The notes beneath the pieces are model-generated. The model was not told the origin of the DNA. It did no database searches and saw only the letters and a program-made list of their open reading frames with translations. Of a DNA stretch of 64,000 nucleotides, positions 28,127-35,431 are shown piece by piece. This DNA is from Staphylococcus phage Twort: the sequence record NC_007021.1. The stretch is one strand, 5' to 3'. The position numbers and the translations under genes were made by a program. Positions within the stretch are counted from its first letter, which is position 1, and each line of letters begins with the position of its first letter.

Positions 28127-28352
28127 GAGTGGGATTATGATTGATGTTATTATGTTAATTCTAGCTATTATCAGTATACCTTTGTATATATGGTTAGGTA
28201 ATGAGTATTATAATTGGGTGCTTAATAACTATAATAAGAGTAGTGATATAGTACAAGCATGTATATTTGGTGGTTTATTTATGGCTATTGTTATAAGTTT
28301 ACTTGCTATATGTGGAAGTATTAGTAATATAATAGGAGGGTTTATAATATGA
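28116..28352 (+). CDS. small membrane protein
   Basis: Two predicted TM segments; overlaps both neighbours. Confidence 0.55.
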   Translation: MDCRSGIMIDVIMLILAIISIPLYIWLGNEYYNWVLNNYNKSSDIVQACIFGGLFMAIVISLLAICGSISNIIGGFII

Positions 28353-28567
28353 GTAGTTATGTACATCATGTACCAGTCGTTACACCTCATAATGATGGTG
28401 GTGCTTCTACTGTAGATAGTAGTAATGGTAATCATACTGTAGACCATAAAGAACAATGGGAACCTGGTATGAGTGAGCAGGAGGCTATGTATACTGTATT
28501 TGGTATTGCATTATTTATTATGATAGTTGTTCTTGTTTTTATTATCGTGGTTAAACTTAAAAGATAG
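28349..28567 (+). CDS. small protein with a C-terminal TM anchor
   Basis: ATGA overlap with the upstream gene. Confidence 0.55.
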   Translation: MSSYVHHVPVVTPHNDGGASTVDSSNGNHTVDHKEQWEPGMSEQEAMYTVFGIALFIMIVVLVFIIVVKLKR

Positions 28568-28578
28568 GAGTTGAGATT

Positions 28579-28767
28579 ATGATTAGTAGTATTTTAGTTA
28601 TAGTAGTAGGAGTTATCTTGTTTTTAGGAATGAGCTTTAACCTTATTTGGTTATTAGGGAATGCACTTAAAGAAAAGGATAAATATTTAATTACTTTAAG
28701 TGTTGTATGTAATGTAGTGTTTTGGTTATCTATAATTGTTATAGCTTTGAAGTATTTTGGATTATAA
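28579..28767 (+). CDS. small membrane protein of the MISSI...KYFGL family
   Basis: MISSILVIVV...ALKYFGL, with RBS GGAGTTGAG. Confidence 0.55.
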   Translation: MISSILVIVVGVILFLGMSFNLIWLLGNALKEKDKYLITLSVVCNVVFWLSIIVIALKYFGL

Positions 28768-28873
28768 TGTTTCCTAGAATCAAAATTTAGCCGTTTTTCG
28801 TAAAGGCTACGTGCAATCTACAGACGGGAATTATTTTTAGGTAGTATTTATCCTAGAAAATAGAATGAGTGTC

Positions 28874-28906
28874 AGAAGCGGTTTTCTATTCCGCTTCTTT
28901 TTTTTA
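28874..28906 (+). terminator. rho-independent terminator
   Basis: AGAAGCGG-ttttctatt-CCGCTTCT followed by T8. Confidence 0.8.
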
Positions 28907-28914
28907 TATTATTG

Positions 28915-28943
28915 TTGACAGTGGTTAGGGTAAGTAGTATAAT
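28915..28943 (+). promoter_or_regulatory. sigma-70 consensus promoter (TTGACA-17-TATAAT)
   Basis: Perfect hexamers. Confidence 0.75.
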
Positions 28944-28963
28944 TGTAGTAGAGGTGATAAGGT

Positions 28964-29914
28964 ATGGATAAACATTTTAAAGGTAGAGAAGTTAATGTTG
29001 AAACTGGGGAAACTAGATATATGAACCCTATTTGGAGGCCTTTATTTGACCCTTCTGAGTACATATCTAAAGATATTATTAGTGGTAAACTAGAACGTAA
29101 AGAATTTGAAGAAAAGTTTTTTAATTTTATTACAGAGTTTCAAAGTAACCTAAGAAATAAGTATAATGCTAGTTTTGATGAAATAGGTAGATTACTAGTT
29201 CTAATGACTTATACAAATTATAGGGATATAGAGACGGGTCATCATTATCTGCTAACGGATAATAATAAAGACATGTCAATTAAAAATCTAAGTAAAATAT
29301 GGAAATTAGAGTTACAACAAACAAGGAATGTTAAAAGTATAATGAAGAAGAAAGGTATTATAGGAGAAGATGATGAAGGTTTATATATACCAGACGACAT
29401 TCTTATTAGAGGTAAAATATACCCTAAGGAGAAAAAAGAGTTAAATTACTATATAATATATGACAAACCTATAAGGGATTTGTATAATGGTTTAACAGAA
29501 AGTAATAAAAGAGACAGTGCCAAAGTAGTAGGATTATTTTTGTCTTTAGTACCATTCATTAAAGTATCATCAAGAAAAAAGAAAAATAATGAAAAAGGCT
29601 CTAATAATACTTTAGTTATGTCTGAGTGGGATAACGAAAATAAGCAATATAAACCTATAAGCAAAGTAAAATTATCCGAAGAACTGGGTATAAGTAGAAC
29701 TACAATGGATAGATATTTAGGTATACTCAACGCTAAGTCTAAAGAGGTCACTGGTAGATATTTACTGTATGACATTAAACCAACAGGATTAAACGAATTA
29801 GACAAATCTATTATGGTTATTAACCCTTATTATACTTATACACAAGGAACAGGAAGTAATTCTTTTAATATACTTGAGGAATGGATTAATGAAGCGGAAG
29901 AAAATAGTAAGTGA
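28964..29914 (+). CDS. HTH-containing DNA-binding protein (316 aa)
   Basis: HTH-like segment SEELGISRTTMDRYLGIL. Iterons lie immediately downstream. Confidence 0.65.
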   Translation: MDKHFKGREVNVETGETRYMNPIWRPLFDPSEYISKDIISGKLERKEFEEKFFNFITEFQSNLRNKYNASFDEIGRLLVLMTYTNYRDIETGHHYLLTDNNKDMSIKNLSKIWKLELQQTRNVKSIMKKKGIIGEDDEGLYIPDDILIRGKIYPKEKKELNYYIIYDKPIRDLYNGLTESNKRDSAKVVGLFLSLVPFIKVSSRKKKNNEKGSNNTLVMSEWDNENKQYKPISKVKLSEELGISRTTMDRYLGILNAKSKEVTGRYLLYDIKPTGLNELDKSIMVINPYYTYTQGTGSNSFNILEEWINEAEENSK

Positions 29915-29976
29915 TAGTATTTTAAATAGATACTTTATACTATGCGAGTGGTAGTTAGTATATTGTATACATATTT

Positions 29977-30087
29977 GAAAAATTGTCCATTCTGTATTAT
30001 AAGATACACAAGATTAATATAGCTCTGTATATGAAAATTGTCCATTCTGTATTATATTTTGGGAAAAATTGTCCATTCTGTATTATA
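29977..30087. repeat. three direct iterons GAAAA(A)TTGTCCATTCTGTATTATA
   Basis: Copies at 29977-30001, 30033-30056 and 30063-30087, with a 22-bp identical core. Confidence 0.85.
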
Positions 30088-30291
30088 CACATAAATCGTG
30101 AAACCCTTTGAGGGAGTAAGATGAAAGCATAATTTTCATAAGTTTTGCATCTACTTTTGTTAGTGGGATAATACATCTTGAACAGTACCTAACAAAAGAA
30201 TTAAAACCCTATGACTTATCTGAACTATTTCATAGTTCATCTAAGCCACTTACTTTCCAAACCTGCAAAGTAAGCAAAGAGGTGGAGGAAT

Positions 30292-30330
30292 AAAACACCT
30301 TAAAACCGAGGTGTTTTACACCTCCTATTT
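30292..30330 (+). terminator. rho-independent terminator
   Basis: AAAACACC-ttaaaaccga-GGTGTTTT followed by a T-rich run. Confidence 0.6.
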
Positions 30331-30513
30331 TATTTATTTAGTAAACACAATAATTAATATTATATATAGTAATAAGTATAGTAAGTGTAATAGTAAAAAG
30401 GTTTTATAGTAAGTATAGATTACTCAAGATTAGTATTAGCATAGCGTAGTGGATTTTTATAATATACTTCTATGTCACGAAAAAACGATTTTCAATTAAT
30501 TACTCTTTATCTA

Positions 30514-30542
30514 TTGACACTCATTCCCTTATACCTTATAAT
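30514..30542 (+). promoter_or_regulatory. sigma-70 consensus promoter (TTGACA-17-TATAAT)
   Basis: Perfect hexamers upstream of RBS AAGGGAGGAA and the ATG at 30575. Confidence 0.75.
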
Positions 30543-30574
30543 TAAACTATATTCAAATAAAGGGAGGAATAATA

Positions 30575-30847
30575 ATGAAAATTGTAGATAAAGGTTATTC
30601 AAGAGAAGAAATGGAAACAACTTGTAATTATGATTATATTAATGGGGAATGGGATATTTACACTACTGTACCAAAACATATTACAAAACTACTTAAACAA
30701 TATGGAGATAAGGTAGAAGTATTAGAAAAGATTGATGGAGGAAGAGAAGTAGCAGTCAGGGTTACTATTCAAGAAGATATTATTACATTTAGAAAAGTCC
30801 TTACTCAAGAAGAGAAGGATAAAAAGGCAAAAGGATTAAAGAAATAA
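30575..30847 (+). CDS. hypothetical protein
   Basis: Strong RBS. Confidence 0.6.
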   Translation: MKIVDKGYSREEMETTCNYDYINGEWDIYTTVPKHITKLLKQYGDKVEVLEKIDGGREVAVRVTIQEDIITFRKVLTQEEKDKKAKGLKK

Positions 30848-31033
30848 CGTATTTACTGTTTAAACGACCACTGTAGGTTAAATAAAAAACAAGAATATTT
30901 TTCTAAGGGGTTTTATCCTAGAATACGTTAAGTTAAATAATTACTAAGTAGACAAGTATAAATTTGAGATAAGAAGCGGAATATATTTAGGATAAAACTA
31001 TAAGTTCCGCTTCTACTATTAAAAGGAGATGTT

Positions 31034-31234
31034 ATGATGAATATTCAAGAGGCAAAGGATAAGTTGTTTGAATTATTTTTATCAGATTTAAAGAATTATG
31101 ATAATGATGTAATTGATAGTGATTTATGTAAGTTGATTGATGATATGGATGAGTTGTTTGATACACAAAACCTTAGATATACGGATAGTCAAGGAATCGT
31201 TTTATTTATTGAAGATTGGTTAGAGGGTAGATAA
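31034..31234 (+). CDS. hypothetical protein; paralog of ORF 31378 (N-terminus ..EAKDK..)
   Basis: RBS AAAGGAGATG. Confidence 0.5.
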   Translation: MMNIQEAKDKLFELFLSDLKNYDNDVIDSDLCKLIDDMDELFDTQNLRYTDSQGIVLFIEDWLEGR

Positions 31235-31377
31235 CCATAGGATAAATCATTTAAGATAAGTTACCTTGAGATAGTCTTATGATAAAACCCGTAAGATACA
31301 ATAGGATGCAATAGCTTATAGGATGTTAAGATACCTAAGTATAAATTTAAGATTATTATTGAAAAGGAGATTTTTAT

Positions 31378-31794
31378 ATGAATGAAGAACAAGCAAAGGA
31401 TAAGATATATTATGAGTTACTTTACACAGTACGTGAGTATGGAGGTACAGAAGCGGATTTATTAAAGCTTATTGATAGTTTTAGTTATTTAGATGGTAAA
31501 GCTCCCATGTTTATGAATCCAGAAATGGAAAGCTACTCAATTGAACAATTTCTTAATGAACAAAAGAGTAACTTAGAAAAGTATTTAGAAGCTCTAGATA
31601 TAAAATATAATAAAGTAATTGATATTACAGGAGCAGAGTATAAAATATTCGGTGGTAAGTTAGTAATACAAGAAGGAGATAATTATTATACTTTGTCTAT
31701 CAATGTAGATAATAGTCATGATATTACCTTATATAAGTTACCTTTTTACTCTATGTTAAGTATTATCATTGACAATAAATACAAATTTCAGTAA
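31378..31794 (+). CDS. hypothetical protein
   Basis: RBS AAAGGAGA. Confidence 0.6.
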   Translation: MNEEQAKDKIYYELLYTVREYGGTEADLLKLIDSFSYLDGKAPMFMNPEMESYSIEQFLNEQKSNLEKYLEALDIKYNKVIDITGAEYKIFGGKLVIQEGDNYYTLSINVDNSHDITLYKLPFYSMLSIIIDNKYKFQ

Positions 31795-31805
31795 GTATAA
31801 ACTAA

Positions 31806-31842
31806 AGTCCTAGGGTGAAATAAGACACCTAGGACTATTTTC
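31806..31842 (+). terminator. rho-independent terminator
   Basis: AGTCCTAGGGTG...CACCTAGGACT followed by ATTTTCT. Confidence 0.7.
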
Positions 31843-31984
31843 TATAAGAATCGGTTTTGACTAAGTATAAATTATCTTTCAGAAGTGAATAAGTAGCAAA
31901 AATCACTAAGTAGCAAAAAACCTTTCTACCCGAAAAATATATAGGGTAGTAGATTTCTAAATATTCTGACAATTTAGACAAAAG

Positions 31985-32020
31985 GGAGAGCGGTCATTGT
32001 GACCGCTTCTATAATTTTTT
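31985..32020. terminator. bidirectional terminator between convergent genes
   Basis: AGCGGTC-attgt-GACCGCT with T-runs on both strands. Confidence 0.65.
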
Positions 32021-32373
32021 TATATGATAGTAAACATGTTGTATGTGAACATTTCTTTTTTAGAATTTTCTCTAATACAAGCATTAATTAAACCTTTAAT
32101 TGTTTTATATTCTTTTGTTAATTTTTCATTTCTAATAATATCATATTCAAATTCTTCTAAAGTTGAATCAATATCAAATACAAATTCACTTGTATACACT
32201 TCATAATACATGTCGTTTGAGTCTTCATAGTCATGTACCTGAAAGTTGTTCACAATGATTCTTGCGCTATCCATGTCGTTATAACGTAGGTAGCTTTGAA
32301 TTGTTGCATAAATGTCTTGTGATTCCCATCTTGGTAAATTGTTTAATCCTTTAATTCCGTTAATTGTTTTCAT
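32020..32373 (-). CDS. hypothetical protein
   Basis: 117-aa ORF with RBS AAAAGGAATTGA on the minus strand. Confidence 0.6.
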   Translation of the reverse strand: MKTINGIKGLNNLPRWESQDIYATIQSYLRYNDMDSARIIVNNFQVHDYEDSNDMYYEVYTSEFVFDIDSTLEEFEYDIIRNEKLTKEYKTIKGLINACIRENSKKEMFTYNMFTII

Positions 32374-32503
32374 AATAAATCAATTCCTTTTTTATAGATT
32401 TTTTGTAGTTGGCTTGTTAGCTCCTCTACATTTATTATAATACAGTAATTGGGAATAAAAGTAAAGCATTTTTTAGGTAAAATTTTACACTTTTAAATAG
32501 TCG

Positions 32504-32552
32504 GAATTGTTTTCATATTTAGAACAATTCAGAATTGTCTAACAATTCTGAA
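32504..32552. promoter_or_regulatory. operator-like array: four GAATTGT/ACAATTC half-sites, including a perfect 11-bp inverted repeat
   Basis: GAATTGT at 32504 and 32532; ACAATTC at 32524 and 32542. TTCAGAATTGT-cta-ACAATTCTGAA spans 32528-32552, inside a divergent intergenic region. Confidence 0.55.
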
Positions 32553-32696
32553 AATTTAAACAACTTAACTTGTGTCGTGTTTCTTCTATATAATAGGAAT
32601 AAAAAGAAATTTAAAAAAATTTACCAAAAAGGGTTTACAAACTTCTGGGGCTATGTTATTCTAATTATAGAAAGTTAATCAAGGGAGGAAAAACAA

Positions 32697-32900
32697 ATGA
32701 AACAAGCACAAGCAATTAAAAAATTTATCGAATTACGTAAGGAACTAAAAGAAGAAGGGTACACAATTAGTAAACAACAATTGTTGTCTAATATGGAAAT
32801 ATACCACTTAAATTTAAAAATAGATTCACAAATTGAATGGTTTCTAGAAACACCAAACAATGAAATAATAGAAGAAATGAAAGACTTGGGGGATTTATAA
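32697..32900 (+). CDS. hypothetical protein
   Basis: RBS AAGGGAGGAAAA. Confidence 0.55.
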   Translation: MKQAQAIKKFIELRKELKEEGYTISKQQLLSNMEIYHLNLKIDSQIEWFLETPNNEIIEEMKDLGDL

Positions 32901-33041
32901 AATGATTAGATTTAAATGGAAAAACAAAACAATCAAAAGCACGGAAAAAACGGATAATATTCTTATTAGTCTAGGGGCTTGCACAATAACGGGAATTGTG
33001 TTAAAGTTAATACAGTTACAATTTACATTACCACTTGAAAC

Positions 33042-33260
33042 GTGGTTACGATAAGAAAGGAATTGATATTTATGATTATGACAGTAGGACGAGCTAAAGA
33101 ATACGGAAACAAAATGGTTGAGCTAGGACATTGTGACCTTGCAGGGCAATGGTTCGATATTGCAGACGACATTCGAGTTATTGGTGTTGAATGTTTTAAT
33201 AAAGATTGGTTAAAACAAAAAGAAAAAGAAACATTAGAAATTATTAAAGAGGGAAAATAA
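33042..33260 (+). CDS. hypothetical protein
   Basis: RBS AAGGAATTGA. Confidence 0.5.
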   Translation: MVTIRKELIFMIMTVGRAKEYGNKMVELGHCDLAGQWFDIADDIRVIGVECFNKDWLKQKEKETLEIIKEGK

Positions 33261-33273
33261 TCCCTCTTTTTTA
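33247..33273 (+). terminator. rho-independent terminator
   Basis: AAGAGGGA-aaataa-TCCCTCTT followed by TTTT. Confidence 0.75.
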
Positions 33274-33422
33274 TTTGTTTAAAATGAAATTATATAAAAA
33301 ATATAATTAATAATTTACGGGGGTATATAGTATGCAACATAATAAGGGTACGCTTATTATTTGCTATGGGGTCTAGTTGGGGTACTATAGATTTGGCATA
33401 TTTATAGGGGTTTAATTACAGA

Positions 33423-33526
33423 AGTCAACACCCATAGTATTTATGCACATAATAGTCAACATACCTATTATAAAGTCAACATAAATAATGTCTATTCTAT
33501 TATAAAAGTCAACTAATAAACTTGAC
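33423..33526. repeat. AGTCAAC iteron array: four direct copies plus one inverted partial copy
   Basis: AGTCAAC at 33423, 33454, 33474 and 33507; GTCAAG inverted at 33521. Lies in a 570-bp gap between convergent gene blocks. Confidence 0.7.
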
Positions 33527-33829
33527 ATCTTTTACTTGTGTGTTTATAGTATATTCATTAAGAGTAGCTCTATCTATAGAACTTTATATATAGGTTACCT
33601 TATAAGTATATTTATGTATCTGCTTTATTATAATAAAAAGGAGTAGATTATTATACTACTCCTTAAATATAATTACTTGTTATTTACTTAAATCTCTTTC
33701 TAGCTCCTTTACACGTTTCCACGACTCAATCCAATTGACTTTTAAATCATAGATAATAACCACCTCCCTAATTGCTTATATATCTAGTATACAGGATAGT
33801 ATATAGGATAGTATTTAGAATGTCAATAA

Positions 33830-34432
33830 TTATTCGAAAGATTCTTCTATAATTTCTAGTAATGTATTACATTCAATTCTATCTAATTCATTATAAGATT
33901 TTAACTGATAGTAGCAATTGTATACAATTTCATCAAAGGCTTTTGCTTTTTTTTCTTGTAGAGTGGGCTGTATATTCATTGTAGTTTCATTATCCGTTTC
34001 CTTTCTAGGTTCTTCTAAAAATTCTTTAGCATTTTCCTTACCTATAGTTACTTCTAGTATATTATAATAATAATCGGTCTTTTGGTTTAAGTTGTAATTA
34101 TCATTGTAATCATTCCAATCCACGTAGATATATTCATGTGTTTTATCCTCGTAGATAATATCTATAGCTGTAATGTCATGGAAGTTTTCTACTCTCTCGT
34201 ACACTGTAATCTCTCCGTCTAGGCTATCAAAAGTTAACTCTTTCGGGTTATTGATAAGAAGTCCTAAGTGGCTACAATGTTTTGTTTTATCTGTGTAGAA
34301 ATTTCCTTCTGAAGAGGGTTGAGATGTAAAGGTTTCCGTAATTCCTTCTATATATAAGTAGTCAATATCTTTTGGAGCTAGACGAATAACATCACAATTT
34401 TCTAATACTAAATCAATATAATTTATATTCAT
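33830..34432 (-). CDS. hypothetical protein
   Basis: 200-aa ORF with a minus-strand RBS AGGAGGAAA. Confidence 0.65.
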   Translation of the reverse strand: MNINYIDLVLENCDVIRLAPKDIDYLYIEGITETFTSQPSSEGNFYTDKTKHCSHLGLLINNPKELTFDSLDGEITVYERVENFHDITAIDIIYEDKTHEYIYVDWNDYNDNYNLNQKTDYYYNILEVTIGKENAKEFLEEPRKETDNETTMNIQPTLQEKKAKAFDEIVYNCYYQLKSYNELDRIECNTLLEIIEESFE

Positions 34433-34491
34433 AGTAATTTTCCTCCTAATTCCATAATGATGGTAAAATGATTTTAAAGTTATTTAAAATC

Positions 34492-34746
34492 CTATTTTTT
34501 ATGTTTACTTAGTTCTTTTAATACATGATTTTTTATCTTACTGTTTTTACGTTTATCTTCCATTACCTTTTCAGTATAGTTAGTGAAATCCTGAAAGTCT
34601 TTATTTATCTTTACTTCAAACTCTTTAAATTCTTCTCTATCTTTCTTTACAAGTTTACACATTAATACAAAGAATACTGTATATAGAATAGAGATTATAA
34701 TGAGTACTATGATTGCTACCATACCTAAAGATACTAAATTACCCAT
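34492..34746 (-). CDS. small membrane protein
   Basis: N-terminal TM segment, RBS AAGGAGGAAT. Confidence 0.6.
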   Translation of the reverse strand: MGNLVSLGMVAIIVLIIISILYTVFFVLMCKLVKKDREEFKEFEVKINKDFQDFTNYTEKVMEDKRKNSKIKNHVLKELSKHKK

Positions 34747-34767
34747 AATTATTCCTCCTTTAAATTA

Positions 34768-34796
34768 ATTATAGTGTATATTGGAAAGTATGTCAA
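34768..34796 (-). promoter_or_regulatory. sigma-70 consensus promoter on the minus strand (TTGACA-17-TATAAT)
   Basis: Plus-strand TGTCAA at 34791-34796 and ATTATA at 34768-34773. Confidence 0.7.
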
Positions 34797-34827
34797 TAGG
34801 TAAATAAAAAACTAAGGAAAAAATTCC

Positions 34828-35049
34828 TTAGTCCTCTATCGTTAGTTCATGAATCCTAACTACATCTATACCGATTACAAAATCTTTAACAAATTGTTGC
34901 CCAAAGAAAGAGTCTTGTTCTTCTTCATATCCTTCTTCTGTAAGTCTTTGAACAAGTTTTTCTTTATCTTTATAGACCTTATCTTCCCTATAGTGATAAT
35001 TTTCTTCATAAGGTTCACAATTGTCATGCTCTACTTGATATAGTTTCAT
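34828..35049 (-). CDS. hypothetical protein
   Basis: 73-aa ORF. Confidence 0.5.
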   Translation of the reverse strand: MKLYQVEHDNCEPYEENYHYREDKVYKDKEKLVQRLTEEGYEEEQDSFFGQQFVKDFVIGIDVVRIHELTIED

Positions 35050-35059
35050 AATATTTACC

Positions 35060-35431
35060 TCACTTAATATCTTTAATTAATTCTTTGATTAGTTGTAAGG
35101 TAGGTTCTTGGTCTACATCTACAACTAATGTATCTAACTTCTCTAATACTTTTTCTTTTATATACTTATTCTCTTTTGCAGGTTCTACAAGCTCTATAAT
35201 CTTATCTAACTTTTCTTCAAATATGCGATTGTTTTGATTTGTTGTTTTACAAAAATCACCTAAGATAAAGCTATTTACATAGTCAGTCTCTTTACTAACA
35301 TCGTAAATATATGAAACTTTATAATTAATGTCATTTACCGTTCTTCTGGTAGACTCTGAAGATGTATATAATTCTTTAACTTTATAAAATGTGTCGGATA
35401 TATATTTAGCATATGTTTCATTAAACTTCAT
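35060..35431 (-). CDS. hypothetical protein
   Basis: 123-aa ORF. Confidence 0.6.
   Translation of the reverse strand: MKFNETYAKYISDTFYKVKELYTSSESTRRTVNDINYKVSYIYDVSKETDYVNSFILGDFCKTTNQNNRIFEEKLDKIIELVEPAKENKYIKEKVLEKLDTLVVDVDQEPTLQLIKELIKDIK

Noticed and set aside
33745-33753. Mini-ORF ATG-ATT-TAA behind a perfect GGGAGGTGG RBS on the minus strand
   Set aside because: Two codons cannot be a gene. It is noted only as part of the origin-like region, where it could be a start-stop regulatory element or simply chance.
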